NCBI GenBank assembly: GCA_964016885.1
Contig: OZ024765.1
Location: 22,196,001-22,260,000, forward strand
DNA length: 64,000 bases
Reading direction: 5' to 3'
From: Eledone cirrhosa
Lineage: Eukaryota
Shown in pieces: positions 11,282 through 27,257 of this stretch (position 1 is the stretch's first letter; the number at the start of each line of letters is the position of its first letter). The notes beneath the pieces are model-generated. The model did not search any database. It saw only the letters and a list, made by a program, of their open reading frames with translations, and was not told where the DNA came from. The position numbers and the translations under genes were made by a program.

Positions 11282-12983
11282 CGATATTAAATAAATGGAA
11301 ACTATATTTATAAAACCATATTTATTTCATTATATATATTTCAGGGATATCATATTAACAATATGCTATGCCTTCCTCAGACAAAATACAATATAGACAG
11401 TTTTATAGATAAATAGATTTGACATACCGTTCAACATCGACTTGTATTTGAAAAGTTGATTTGGCAGTGAAAAAAATTGATTTATAATTATTTGGGAAAC
11501 TAGCCGATAAATCTTTCGATTTCTTCTTTTTATTCTTCTTTTTATTTTTATTTCTATTTCTATTTTTATTTTTATTTAAACATTCTTCATGAAAATTAAA
11601 CTACCCTAAAAGTTGATGCTCCAAATATTTCGAATAAACGTTACACTAGATAAACTTCTATATTAAATATAAGAACACATGTAGACCAAATGGGCATCCT
11701 AAACTTTTTGAAATGTTTTTTGCTAGACGCGATTTGATAAATAATTTTTAGCTTTATCTGTTTTCGACTCTGATGCTTATAATGAACTTGGCATTATATT
11801 GTCAATTAATTTCGAAGGGTTGATCTTTGTGGTTTATTTTTATTATTGTAGTATTTTCTATTTTTATTTTTAATATGTAATATTTTTTCGTAATATTTTT
11901 TAGTTTTGTATTTTATTATTATTTATTATTATTATTGTTGTTATTTTTTTGTTTCTGATATTTTTATTAATATATTGAAATCTGTTCTCTATTTCTGCTT
12001 GATAGATAATCATGTGGAGTAAAGACAAGAATAGTATTGTTAAAATTAATATAGACTCTATATATATGTGTATATATATACACGTATACTTAAATTTTTA
12101 TAGCACAATGAGAATGTTCTCCATGGAAAATTGGGGTTTGCAGGGTTGATCACGTAAACTCACATCGATGTTTGTAGTTATCATATAAACATATGAATTT
12201 TTAAAACTAAACATAAGATCATTACTTTTCACACATTATGGACACGTATCTCATTCAGGAATACTGATATTTACATTATAGTGCCTGGTTTTTATACATA
12301 CTAATACTTCTACATTAAAACATAGGGTTTTTATGCCTCGCCTATGTCTGGTTACTTTTCATTTTTCTCTCTATATAACAGCTGGTTTCTCTCCTAACCA
12401 CATATATCTCCCTTACATTAATACTAGAGCTAAATAAATAAATAAATAAATAAATGTATCATTGATACGTTTACTCAACGGATGTCCAACTACATATTTT
12501 TCTATATATATATCTATCTCTATCTATTTCCTCTCTCTATATATATCTCTCTCTGTTTCTTTACATGAAGTTCTTCTCTTTATCTATCTTTCCATCTCTC
12601 TATTTTGTTACATGCATTTCTTCTTTTTCTTCTTTTTCTTCGTTTTCTTTCTTTCTTTTCTTTCTTGCCTTCTTTCTCTCTTTTTTCTTTCTGTTTACAA
12701 TTTTTTTCACTGCCAAATCAACTTTTCAAATACAAGTCGATGTTGAACGGTATGTCAAATCTATTTATCTATAAAACTGTCTATATTGTATTTTGTCTGA
12801 GGAAGGCATAGCATATTGTTAATATGATATCCCTGAAATATATATAATGAAATAAATATGGTTTTATAAATATAGTTTCCATTTATTTAATATCGTAAAT
12901 ATACTCCAAATACTTGTTGAGTGCTTTTATATCAGTTATAAATATTTACTAGTTGTAACCCAACAATTTAAATATAACTTTCC

Positions 12984-12985
<2 letters not shown>
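11282..12985 (+). mobile_element. Penelope-like family B insertion with inverted ~200-bp terminal repeats
   Basis: 11282-11480 is the reverse complement of ~12700-12897. Each arm has a hammerhead. The right end continues to gagtgct, then TA. Confidence 0.75.
12791..12852 (+). ncRNA. Hammerhead ribozyme (family B); mirror copy on the minus strand at 11325-11386
   Basis: ttttgt-CTGAGGA-aggcatagcatatt(gtt)aatatgatatccct-GAAA-T-ATAT-A-TA-atgaaa; predicted cleavage after 12846. Confidence 0.8.
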
Positions 12986-13047
<62 letters not shown>

Positions 13048-13066
13048 ATAAATATATATTATATAT

Positions 13067-13119
<53 letters not shown>

Positions 13120-13129
13120 TATATAATAT

Positions 13130-13163
<34 letters not shown>

Positions 13164-13282
13164 ATATATATATATATATATGATATATATGATATATATA
13201 TATATATATATGATATATATATATATATATATGATATATATATATATATATGATATATATATAATATATATATATATATATG

Positions 13283-13324
<42 letters not shown>

Positions 13325-14070
13325 ATATATATAAATATATGATATATATATATATATCATATATATATATGATATATGATATATGTATATATATATATGA
13401 TATATATATATATATATATATGATATATATATATATATATATGATATATATATATATATATATGATATATATATATATATATATGATATATATATATATG
13501 ATATATATATGATATATATATGTATATATGATATATATATGATATATATATGTATATATGATATATATATGTATATATGATATATATATCATATATATAT
13601 GTATATATGATATATATATGATATATATATATATATATGATATATATATATATGATATATATATATATATATATGATATATATATATGATATATATATAT
13701 ATATATGATATATATGATATATATATATGATATATATATGATATATATGATATATATATATAATATATATATATGATATATATATATGATATGTATATAT
13801 GATATATATATATATGATATATATGATATATATATGATATATAAGATATATATATATGATATATATGATATATATATATGAATTATATACATGATATATA
13901 TGATATATATATGATATATATATGATATATATATATGATATATATATATGATATATATATGATATATATATATATATGATATATATATATATATGATATA
14001 CATATGATATATATATATATGATATATATATGATATATATATATATATATATATATATGATATATAAATG

Positions 14071-14132
<62 letters not shown>

Positions 14133-14206
14133 TATATATATAATATATATAGATATATAATATATATATATATATAATATATATATATAATATATATATG
14201 TATATG

Positions 14207-14364
14207 TCTAAGGCGGGTAAAATTCCCGAGATCCATGGACGAGTTCTCTCCAGCGGTCTCTGTCCCTCATTATCCCTGCCATGTCCTGCATCTCCAACAG
14301 ACCAGTGTCTGTCCTTAGGGCATCAACATACGTTAACCTTGGTCTTCCTCTTCTAGTGTGTCCA
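14207..14364 (-). mobile_element. 3' fragment of an RTE-type LINE (same family as 42683-42945)
   Basis: GHTRRGRPRLTYVDALRTDTG...RDRDRWRELV C-terminus. Confidence 0.8.
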
Positions 14365-14496
14365 TATATATATATATATATATAATATATATATATAATA
14401 TACATATATATATAATAAATATATATATATAATATATATATATATATAATATATATATATATATATCTCTCTATATATATATAATATATATATAAT

Positions 14497-14551
<55 letters not shown>

Positions 14552-14555
<4 letters not shown>

Positions 14556-14832
14556 AATATCTTTAAGTCGTTTGGAAGCCTCGACATTGGAAATGGGTAA
14601 ATCTCTGGGTAACAAGGTCCGGTGGTGGAGAGAGAGATGTAAGTGGGTGTACGTTGAGATGCGTGGTGTGTATAAGATGTGTGAGATGTGTAGAATGAAG
14701 GGAAGAGTATAAAGGATAAAAATAAAAATAACAACACAAGAGATTTACCCATTTGCATTGTCGAGGCTTCCAAACGACTTAAAGATATTTACTTATTGTT
14801 CCACAATGCTTCAAGCAAACTTCAATACTCTC
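14552..14832. mobile_element. Small fold-back element in TA; terminus related to 43701-43790
   Basis: 14553-14606 is the reverse complement of 14739-14792; end sequence caatgcttcaagcaaactt is shared with ~43712-43732. Confidence 0.65.
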
Positions 14833-14836
14833 ATAT

Positions 14837-14976
<140 letters not shown>

Positions 14977-15004
14977 ATATAATATATATATATATATATA
15001 ATAG

Positions 15005-15092
<88 letters not shown>

Positions 15093-15267
15093 GATATATA
15101 TGATATATATATATATATATGATATATATATATATATATATGATATATATGATATATATATATATATATGATATATATGATATATATATATATATATGAT
15201 ATATATATATATATATATATATCATATATATATATATATATACATATATATATGATATATATATATG

Positions 15268-15309
<42 letters not shown>

Positions 15310-15988
15310 ATATATATATATATGATATATATATATATATGATATATATATATATGATATATATATATATATATGATATATATATATGATATATATATGA
15401 TATATATATGTATATGATATATATATGATATATATATGTATATATGATATATATATGATATATATATGTATATATGATATATATATCATATATATATGTA
15501 TATATGATATATATAAGATATATATATGATATATATATATATGATATATATATGTATATATGATATATATATATATGATATATATATATATATATATATA
15601 TGATATATATATATGATATGTATATGTATATATGATATATGTATATATGATATATATATGATGTATATATGTATATATGATATATATATGATGTATATAT
15701 GTATATATGATATATATATGATATATATATATATATATGATATATATATATGATATATATATATATTATATATATATATGATATATATATGATATTTATG
15801 ATATATATATATGATTTATATATATATGATATATATGATATATACATATATGATATATATGATTTATATATATGATATATATGATATACATATATGATAT
15901 ATATATATGATATATATGATAAATATATATCATATATATATATCATATATATATATATATATATATATATGATATATATATGTTATAT

Positions 15989-16033
<45 letters not shown>

Positions 16034-16200
16034 TATATAATATATATATATATATATAATATATATATATTTATTATATATATATATACATATATATATT
16101 ATATATATATATTATATATATATATGTATATATATATAATAAATATATATATTATATATATATATATATAATATATATATATAATATATATATTATATAC

Positions 16201-16290
<90 letters not shown>

Positions 16291-16323
16291 ATATATATAA
16301 CATATATATATCATATAATATAT

Positions 16324-16355
<32 letters not shown>

Positions 16356-16529
16356 ATATATATATGTATATAATATATATATATATATAATATATATATA
16401 TATATATAATATATATATATATATAATATATATATATAATATATATATATATATAATATATATATATGTATATAATATATATATATATATAATATATATA
16501 TAATATATATATATAATATATATATATAT

Positions 16530-16623
<94 letters not shown>

Positions 16624-16743
16624 ATATAATATATATATATAATATATATATATAATATATATATGTATATATATATAATAAATATATATATTATATATAT
16701 ACATATAATATATATATATAATATATATATTATATACATATAT

Positions 16744-16775
<32 letters not shown>

Positions 16776-16815
16776 ATATTATATATATATATATATATTA
16801 TATATATATATATAT

Positions 16816-16899
<84 letters not shown>

Positions 16900-16927
16900 A
16901 CATATATATATCATATAATATATATAT

Positions 16928-16961
<34 letters not shown>

Positions 16962-16984
16962 ATATATATATGTATATAATATAT

Positions 16985-17018
<34 letters not shown>

Positions 17019-17151
17019 ATATATATATATATATAATGTATATATATAATATATATATATATAATATATATATGTATATAATATATATATATAATATATA
17101 TATATAATATATATATAATATATATATATAATATATATATATAATATATAC

Positions 17152-17192
<41 letters not shown>

Positions 17193-17206
17193 TATATATA
17201 TATAAT

Positions 17207-17271
<65 letters not shown>

Positions 17272-17551
17272 TATATATATATAATATATATATATATATA
17301 TAATATATATATATATATAATATATATAATATATATAATATATATATATATATATAATATATGTATATAATATATATATATAATATATATATATTTATAT
17401 ATATATATATATATAATATATATATATAATATATATATATATATATAATATATATATTATATATCATATATATAATATATATATATAATATATATATATA
17501 TAATATATATATATGATATATATGATATATATATATGATATATTTATTTTT

Positions 17552-17595
<44 letters not shown>

Positions 17596-17603
17596 TATAA
17601 TAT

Positions 17604-17634
<31 letters not shown>

Positions 17635-17662
17635 GATATATATGATATATATATATGATATA

Positions 17663-20253
17663 TAGAAATGAAGAAATGAAGAAGGAGTGAGACTTCTTGA
17701 ATTTTGTGATGCGAGTACATTGACTATTTGCAACACAAACTTTCAGAAACCTGCCAATCACCTAATAACCTACAAATCTGGTGAGCACATAAACCAGATT
17801 GACTTCCTGCTAGTTAGGCAGCGGGACAGGCAGATAGTGTCTAATACCAAGGCATACCCTGGGGAAGAATGTACCCCACAGCATAGGTTAGTTGTTAGTG
17901 ATATCTCAGTAAGCAAGAGATGGAATGAGACATATAGGAAGGTGTGGAGAAGAAAGGTCTGGAAGCTAAAAGACCTTTCACTAAAATACAAATTTAGGAA
18001 AGCCCTTCAAGATGTATATGACGAAAAAGAAGACGATTTAGAGATGTATGACATAGATAATAACTGGAAGTTCTTACGTGACAACTTGCTGCAGGCTACT
18101 GATGAAACCTGTGGCTGGAGCAGAGCTCCAACCAGACAGAGAGTGACCTGGTGGTGGAACAGCACAGTAGATAAGGCTATTAGAGACAAAAGACTAGCAT
18201 GGAAGGCTTGGAAAAAGGGTGGGAGTAGGGAAGAATATACAGCCACTAAGAGAGAAGCTAGACGTCAGGTGTACTTAGCACGCAGGGAGGCAGAGAGTAG
18301 GAGGTTTGCCAATGTTCTGCGACGGGAAGATCAGAGGCGTGCGGTGTTCCACATTGCAAGGCAGTGTGTCAATGCAAATCAGGATGTTGTTGGAGATAAA
18401 TGTGTCCGGGATGATGCCGGTGTACTTAGTGTCACGAATGACCAGAAAAAGGAGGCCTGGAAATGTCATTATGAGAGACTGATGAATGTGGAGAACGAAT
18501 GGGAGAGAGAGAAATTACCCTTGATAGATCCGACAGAGGGACCAGCTATTGAGATTGATGAATATAGGGTCCAAGAGGCGATTAGGGAAATGAAAAATGG
18601 TAAGGCGGCCGGACCATCGGGAATAGTTGCTGAGATGCTGAAGGCATCAGGGGACGTAGGCACTAAACTGGTTGCACGCATCATCAATCAGGCTATATAT
18701 GGTGGTGTCATACCCAAAGACTCGTGCAGCAGTATTCTCATAAATTGCTACAAAGGTAAAGGGGATGCTTTGGAGAGGAGCAATTATAGGGGTATAAAAC
18801 TGATAGATCAGGTTATGAAAGTGGCAGAAAGGATTTTAGCACAACTAATTAGAGAAAGGGTCAAACTAGATGAGATGCAGTTTGGTTTTGTGCCTGGGAA
18901 GAGTACAACAGATGCCCTCTTCTTGGTGAGACAAATGCAAGAGAGGTTCTTAGAGAAGAATAAGCCACTATACTTAGCCTTTGTTGACCTAGAGAAGGCC
19001 TTTGATAGGGTACCCCGATCTGTCATCTGGTGGTCCCTAAGGAAGCTAGGTGTTGAGGAATGGCTTGTGAGGACAGTGCAAACTTTGTACAGAGGTACTC
19101 TCAGTAAAGTCAGGGTAGGAATGGAGTTTAGTGAGGAATTCCAGATACAAGTAGGAGTACATCAGGGTTCGGTCCTCAGCCCGCTCTTGTTCATTATAGT
19201 CCTGCAAGCCATAACAGAGGAGTTTAAGACTGGCTGTCCATGGAACTTCTCTATGCTGACGATCTGGCTCTTATAGCAGAATCAGTAGAGGAGCTAGAGA
19301 ATAAATTCCGGCTATGGAAACAGCAGTTGGAAGCAAGAGGACTGAGAGTAAATCTAGCTAAGACAAAGTGTTGATGAGTAGAAAAGAGGACAAAACCCTG
19401 ATTCCGTCAGGGAAATGGCCATGTTCGATATGCAGAAAAGGAACTGGCATAAATTCTATAAAATGCACACAATGCAGGTCCTGGGTACACAATAGATGTA
19501 GTGGGATAGCAGGCAAACTAACAGGTAGGGAGAAATATGTATGCAGTAGATGTACAGGGAAATTAGACAGTAGAAGTCGCACTGATAGACACATTTTTCA
19601 AACGCGAGAGGGCGCTATAGAAGTGGTGGATAGCTTCCGGTACCTAGGAGATCAGATTAGCATGGGAGGAGGGTGTTCCGAGGCCATAGTATCTAGAATA
19701 AGGACGGGTTGGAAGAAGTTTAGGGAGCTGCTTCCTCTGTTGACGAAGAAGGGTTTCTCCCTGCGTACGAAAGGCCGGTTGTATGATGCCTGTGTGAGGA
19801 GCTCGATGCTGCATGGTAGTGAGACATGGGCAGCAACCGCAGAGGATATGCGATGGCTGGAGAGAAATGAGGCAAGCATGCTCCGTTGGATGTGCAGTGT
19901 AAATGTGCGTGAACGACCCAGCATAAATGTGTTGAGAGAGAAACTGTGTCTGAGAGGGATAGAATGTAGTGTACGGGAGAGGAGACTGAGGTGGTATGGA
20001 CATGTGATGCGCATGGAGGATGACCGATGGGTGAAGAAGTGCCAGGAAATGCCAGTTGAAGGAAGACGTGGTAGAGGTAGACCACGAAAAACATGGGCGG
20101 AGGTGGTGAGAACAGACCTCAGATCATTGAAGCTCACGGTGGAGATGACGAGGGACCGTGACGAGTGGAGAGATGCTGAATAAGACCTGTCCCACCCTTG
20201 CAAGCAGGGAAAAGCGGGCGTAAAATGATGATGATGATGATGATGATGATGAT
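17663..20253 (+). mobile_element. RTE (BovB-like) LINE, 5'-truncated, two 1-bp frameshifts, (ATG)n tail
   Basis: End of APE (QIDFLL, QHRLVV); RT motifs DLEKAFDRV, QGSVLSP and YADD after a frameshift at ~19242; PHD finger; RRLRWYGHV, GRPRKTW; tail at 20225-20253. Confidence 0.95.
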
Positions 20254-21440
20254 ATTAATAAATGGAAACTATATTTATAAAACCATATTTATTTTATTAT
20301 ACATATTTCAAGGGCAACCAAGGCAAATTATGGTGCGCTTTCATCAGATAAAATACAGATTTGTTTTATAAATAAATATTGACATACCCGGAAAAAAAGA
20401 CAACCTTAACGGTTGGAGCTTCCTGGATATATGTGTATGTATATATATATGATATATATATGATATATATATCATATATATATAATATATATGTATATAT
20501 ATATATATACAATATATTAACAAATGGAAACTATATTTATAAAACCATATTTATTTCATTATACATATTTCAAGGGCCACCAGAGAAAACTATGGTGGCC
20601 CTTGAAAACTATGGTACGCTTCTTCTGTAAACTCTTGGAAATTCCATGAGCTTAGAAATATTCGGATATTTTAAACTTACAAATTTTTTAAAAATAATTA
20701 ATAAATAATAAATAATAAAATTATATATGGTTTTGTAATAATAACATATTTTTTTATAATATATATTCTTTAATAATAATATATAGGTCTCAACTTTAAT
20801 AATATAACACACATTTAAACATTTAAACTACGGATTGAATTGATAAATTATTATTAAACATTTAATCAAATTTATTAATTAAACATTAGATAAATTCTTC
20901 AACTTAGCTTTACTATTATTTATTATTATTGTTTATCCATCTTACGGTATTCATCCATGCTATATTTATTTCTTCGCCTCTTCTCTCAAAATTAGGCTAT
21001 TTTCTCTCACTAAAATATACTCAGGTTTTTCTCTTTCTTTCGTTGTTTCTCTTTTTTTTCTCTTTTTTCCCTATTCCAATGGCTTAATTTAAATATACTG
21101 TTTTTAAACCTTTCCAACACTAATTTGCATAATAAACCAAGAATAAATCTAATAACTCCACTATCCAGGAGATTCCACCAGAAAGGTTGCATTTTTTAAG
21201 GGTATGTCAATATTTATTTATAAAACTAACCTATATTATATTTTATCTGATGAAAGCGCACCATAGTTTGCTCTGGTGGACCTTGAAATATGTATAATGA
21301 AATAAATATGGTTTTATAAATATAGTTTCCATTTGTTAATATATTGTATATTTACTCCAATAATTTGTTGAGTGCTTTATATCAGTTATAAAAATATTTT
21401 GCTTGTTGTATCCCAACAAATTAAATATAACCTCTACATA
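20253..21440 (+). mobile_element. Penelope-like family B insertion with inverted repeats; hammerheads at 20292-20353 (-) and 21241-21302 (+)
   Basis: ttttat-CTGATGA-aagcgcacca...tggttgccctt-GAAA-T-ATGT-A-TA-ataaaa; third partial copy at 20513-20610; gagtgct terminus at ~21370. Confidence 0.78.
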
Positions 21441-21449
21441 TATATATAG

Positions 21450-22110
21450 TGAAAAATTGAACGGGAACAAAACAGAGAAGCAGAACGAACAAAGGTTTAT
21501 TAGTTTCACGCTCTATATCATATAATGTCATACCCAGGACTACATACATATATATATACATATATATATATGAACGGGAACAAAACAGAGAAGCAGAACG
21601 AACAAAGGTTTATTAGTTTCACGCTCTATATCATATAATGTCATACCCAGGACTACATACATATATATATACATATATATATATGAACGGGAACAAAACA
21701 GAGAAGCAGAACGAACAAAGGTTTATTAGTTTCACGCTCTATATCATATAATGTCATACCCAGGACTACATACATATATATATACATATATATATAGGAA
21801 CGGGAACAAAACAGAGAAGCAGAACGAACAAAGGTTTATTAGTTTCACGCTCTATATCATATAATGTCATACCCAGGACTACATACATATATATATACAT
21901 ATATATATATGAACGGGAACAAAACAGAGAAGCAGAACGAACAAAGGTTTATTATATACATACATATATATATATATATATATACATACATATATATATA
22001 TGATATAGAGCGTGAAACTAATAAACCTTTGTTCGTTCTGCTTCTCTGTTTTGTTCCCGTTCATATATATATATGTATATATATATGTATGTAGTCCTGG
22101 GTATGACATT
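21450..22110. repeat. 113-bp tandem array (~4.4 units) followed by an inverted copy
   Basis: Units start at 21459, 21572, 21685, 21798 and 21911; 22001-22110 is the reverse complement. Confidence 0.92.
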
Positions 22111-22265
22111 AAACTACATCCAGTGGCAAGGCTCCAGTTCGGGAGTTCAGGAGTTGTGGGGAATGTGGAGTTACCCCTTAGTTGTCATGACTCCCAGGTC
22201 TGCCCTGGCCCGGGGTGGTAGTACCTGTTAGGGCTCCATTTATGGGTTAAATAACTACCTTATTC
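22090..22265 (+). mobile_element. Fragment of a cephalopod SINE-like repeat
   Basis: gtcctgggtatgacattaaa...ggggaatgtggag...ctcccaggtc...gtggtagtacctgttaggg resembles a common cephalopod repeat (from memory, unverified). Confidence 0.5.
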
Positions 22266-22317
22266 GAGTGGCGCCGGTAAGGTATTGTCAGCCATTGAAA
22301 AGAAAAGAATATATGTA

Positions 22318-22400
<83 letters not shown>

Positions 22401-22402
<2 letters not shown>

Positions 22403-22660
22403 TTGTGTTCAATGGTAGCTATGGTGCTTCCATAGGCGGTATGCCAAAATTAGCACTCAATATTCAGGAGAGTAGAGTGTAGAGAGTATAAAGAAAAGGA
22501 AAAATCAGTGATGCATCTGGACTCAATTTATTGCGTGTTACAATTGTTTCACCGGTAGGTAGCTCGAGACATGGTCCCTGTATGGATCTGGCTGATTCTA
22601 CGGCTGCAGGTTCCTTCGGACACGGGTAATTCGTTCGGAGCAAATTTTATCACTTTGTTT
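22401..22660 (-). mobile_element. Penelope-like terminus with a degenerate hammerhead (22534-22624)
   Basis: Reverse complement: cgtgt-ccgaagga-acc...ggt-GAAA-C-AATT-G-TA-acacg-caataaa ... gagtgct, hairpin, TA. Confidence 0.6.
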
Positions 22661-22669
22661 TCTTTATAC

Positions 22670-22700
<31 letters not shown>

Positions 22701-22889
22701 TATATATATATCATATATATCATATATATATATCATATATATCATATATATATATCATATATATATAATATATATATATATATCATATATATATATCATA
22801 TATATATCATGTACATATATCATATATATATCAGATATATATATATATATGATATATATATATGATATATATATATATGTATATATATA

Positions 22890-25800
22890 AAGTGGGTAGA
22901 TAATGTAATATCAGTGTACAGGGTAAAGGCAAGAATCATTAAACTCAGTTTAGTCCTGAATAAAACAATTACCACAATAATATCACCTTATGCACCCCAA
23001 TCGGGGCTGCCAGACGAACTTAAGGATAGATTTTACAAGTCCCTAATGCACACTACTGCTCTAACAAACGACAATGACTTCCTAATCATCGCAGGAGATT
23101 TTAATGGACACGTAGGTAAACACTGTGACGGCTTCAATAGAGGCCATGGAGGCCATGGGGTTGGCACAAGAAATGAAGAAGGATTCAGACTTCTAGAATT
23201 CTTCGACGCCAATGACATGTCGATATGTAACACAAACTTCAAAAAACCCGACAACCACCTGATCGCCTATAGATCAGGGGAGCACTCTAGTCAGATAGAT
23301 TTTATCCTCATCAGAGGACGTGACAGATGGACGGTCGTAAACACAAAAGCCTTCCCTATTGAGGAATGTACATCCCAACATAGCTTAGTTGTCAGTGACC
23401 TCACGGTCAGAACTAGACGAACCTGGAAACAGAAGCCAACCTGGAGAAGAAAGATCTGGAAGCTGAAAGACCCCTCAGCCAGTAACAGATTTAAAGATAT
23501 TTTACTCAATGCCTACGACAGTAGAGAAGAACAGATAGAGACGTTCAATGTAGAAGAGCACTGGGAGTTCCTAAAAAATAACTTACTAGAGGCAACGGAT
23601 GAGGTCTGTGGCTGGAGTAAGACCACAAGCAGGAGGAGAGTGACTTGGTGGTGGAAGAATAAGGTAGATGAGGCAGTTAAGGCTAAGAGACAGGCATGGA
23701 AAGAATGGAAGAACGGGGGGAGCAGGGTACATTACATAGAGACCAAGAGGGAAGCTAGGCGACAAGTATACTTAGCTAGGAGGGAAGCAGAGGATAGAAA
23801 ATTCAAGCATGTTTTGCAACGTGAGGACCAGAAACAGGAGGTGTTCAAGATTGTGAGGCAGTGTGTCAGAGATAGTTGTGATGTCATTGGAGAGAAGTGT
23901 TTCCGGAATGATAAAGGTGAGCTTGCGCTCACAAGTGCTGAGAAGAAAGATGCATGGAAGAGTCATTATGATAGATTACTAAATGAGGAGAATGCATGGG
24001 AAGAAGAGACCCTACCCCAAGTAGACCCTATAGAGGGGCCACAGTACAAGTCAGCAGCAGAGGAGTAAGTAAGGCAATCAAAGATATGAAGATGGGGAAG
24101 GCAACCGGTCCATCGGGTATAGCTGCCGGGATGCTGAAGGCATCTGGGTCTGAAGGTCACACTATAACCACACGTATCGTTAACCAGGTAATACTAGAGG
24201 GGGCCATACCAAAAGATTGGTGCAGTAGCATCATTGTCAACTGCTACAAAGGTAAAGGTGATACACTCGATAGAGGAAACTATAGAGGTATAAAGCTGAT
24301 GGATCAGGTCATGAAAGTAACAGAAAGAGTTATAGCACAGTTGATTAGGGACCGGGTGAAACTAGATGAGATGCAATTTGGGTTTGTACTAGGAAGAGGC
24401 ACCACTGATGCCCTCTTCCTTGTGAGGCAGTTACAGGAAAAGTACCTAGCTAAAAGTAAGCCACTCTACCTGGCATTCGTCGATCTCGAGAAAGCCTTTG
24501 ACAGAGTTTCACGTGCTGTAATCTGGTGGGCTCTTAGAAAACTAGGAGTAGATGAATGGCTTGTGAAAGCTGTACAAGCCATGTATAGGGGAGCAGTCAG
24601 CAAAGTTAGGATTAGCAATGAGTATAGCGAGGAATTTAGCGTACAGGTTGGTGTCCACCAGGGCTCTGTTCTTAGCCCTCTCCTGTTCATCATAGTCCTG
24701 CAGGCAATAACGGAGGAGTTTAAGACCGGATGCCCATGGGAACTCCTGTATGCTGATGACCTCACACTTATAGCTGAATCTATGGTAGAACTAGAGAAGA
24801 AATTCCAAACTTGGAAGCAGGGACTAGAAAGAAAGGGTCTCAAAGTCAACATGACAAAGACTAAGGTCCTTGTAAGTAGACGAGAAAACAGAACCCAGAT
24901 CCCCTCAGGGAAATGGCCTTGCTCAGTATGTAGGAAAGGTGTAGGTAGGAACTCCATTCTCTGCCCCAAATGCAAACAATGGGTACACAAGAGATGTATT
25001 GGGATCTCAGGAAGCTTAATTAAGAATGTAGGATTCACATGCAGCAGCTGTACTGGGACAGCAAGCAGCAAACAGCCACAGGAAACAAGTACCACCAATC
25101 TCTGGGAGGGCTCTGTAGAGACAGTAGACAGCTTCTGCTACCTAGGTGACTGAATTAGCAGCGGAGGTGGGTGTTCAGAAAGTACAATAACTAGGGTAAG
25201 AACGGGATGGAAGAAGTTTAGAGAACTACTACCACTGTTAGCTGCAAAAGGCTTCTCCCTCAGAATGAAAGGCAGACTGTATGATGCGTGTATCCGAACA
25301 GCAATGTTACATGGGAGTGAGACCTGGGCGCAGAAGGTGGAAGACTTACGTAGATTAGAGAGAAACGAAGCCTGCATGCTCCGATGGATGTGTAATAGAA
25401 ATATACGCGAACGACAAAGCATAAATGAATTGAGAGAGAGACTGAGCATAAGAGGAATCAAATGCTGTGTGCAGGAGAGGCGATTGCATTGGTATGGACA
25501 TGTGATGCGTATGAAGGATGACAGCTGCATAAAAAGGTGCAGAGCACTAGAAGTCGATGGAAACCGCGGAGTGGGGAGACCCGAGAAGACCTGGGATGAG
25601 GTGATAAAAGCCGACCTTACTCAATTACACTTCTCAAAGGCGATGACTCACAACCGAGACCTCTGGCGTCACGCAGTAATACAGGGTACCCGACCTCCCA
25701 TGGGTACAAGCTGAAGCATATAGACAATATTCCCCCACACCCTCCCACTGCAAGGTGGTCGTGGAGGTGCCACGGTAAGAAAGCACCCAGCCCACACTGT

Positions 25801-26013
25801 AGAGTGGACGTGTAGGCGCCACGAAAAAGCACCCAGCACTCACTGTAAATGAGGTTGGTGTTAGGAAGGGCATCCAGCTGTAGAAGTCAAGCCAAATCAG
25901 TTCCTGTATGAGCAAGGTATGGTCAGCCGACCAGACACTGCCCACAACAGGACAACCCGTCTAACCCATGCTAACGTGGAAGAACGGACATAAAACGGTG
26001 ATGATGATGATGA
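22890..26013 (+). mobile_element. Second RTE (BovB-like) LINE, 5'-truncated and disrupted
   Basis: ORFs 22914-24068 (APE: YAPQ, GDFNGHVG), 23996-25153 (RT YADD, PHD) and 25265-25714; 3' UTR with (GAT)n tail. Confidence 0.95.
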
Positions 26014-26290
26014 TATATGATATATATATATGTATATATATATGATATATATATATATGATATATATATATATGTATATATATATATCATATATATATAT
26101 ATCATATATATATATATGATATATATATATATATGATATATATATATATATGTATATATATATATCATATATATATATATCATATATATATATATATCAT
26201 ACATATATACATGTATGTATATGCATATGAGTGTGTGTATATATATATGATATATATATATATATGTATGTATGTGCATGTGAATGTGTG

Positions 26291-26323
<33 letters not shown>

Positions 26324-26630
26324 ATATATATGTTTGTGTATGTATTAGTATGTGTGTATATATATATATATGTGTGTATGTGTGTATGTGTGTATATATA
26401 TGTGTGTGTATGTATGTATGTGTATGTGTGTATATATATATGTGTGTATGTGTGTATATATATGTGTGTGTATGTATATATGTGTATGTATATATATATA
26501 TGTGTGTGTATGTGTATGTGTGTATATATATATGTGTGTGTATGTATATATGTGTATGTATATATATATGTGTGTGTGTATGTATATATATATATGTGTA
26601 TGTGTGTATATATATATGTGTATGTGTATG

Positions 26631-26671
<41 letters not shown>

Positions 26672-26744
26672 ATGTATATATGTGTATGTATATATGTGTA
26701 TGTATATATGTGTATGTATATATGTGTATGTACATATGTGTATG

Positions 26745-26775
<31 letters not shown>

Positions 26776-27216
26776 ATGTATATATGTGTATGTATATATA
26801 TATATATATATATATGTGTGTATGTATATATGTGTATGTATATATATATATATGTGTGTGTGTATGTATATATGTGTATGTATATATGTGTGTGTGTGTG
26901 TGTATGTATATATGTGTATGTATATATGTGTATGTATATATGTGTATGTATATATGTGTATGTACATATGTGTATGTACATATGTGTATGTACATATGTG
27001 TGTGTGTGTGTGTATGTATATATGTGTATGTATATATGTGTATGTATATATGTGTGTGTGTATGTATGTATATATGTGTATGTATATATATATATATATA
27101 TATGTGTGTATGTATATATGTGTATGTATATATGTGTATGTATATATGTGTGTGTGTGTATGTATATATGTGTATGTATATATGTGTATGTATATATGTG
27201 TATGTACATATGTGTA

Positions 27217-27250
<34 letters not shown>
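26014..27250. repeat. (TA/TG)n microsatellite
   Basis: Direct reading. Confidence 0.95.
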
Positions 27251-27253
<3 letters not shown>

Positions 27254-27257
27254 CTAC

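Noticed and set aside
11480-12460. Penelope ORF between the inverted repeats
   Set aside because: I found no recognisable RT or GIY-YIG motif in the frames I translated.
19240-19370. Programmed frameshifts in the RTE ORF
   Set aside because: Both are single-base losses in short homopolymers, so mutation or sequencing error is more likely.
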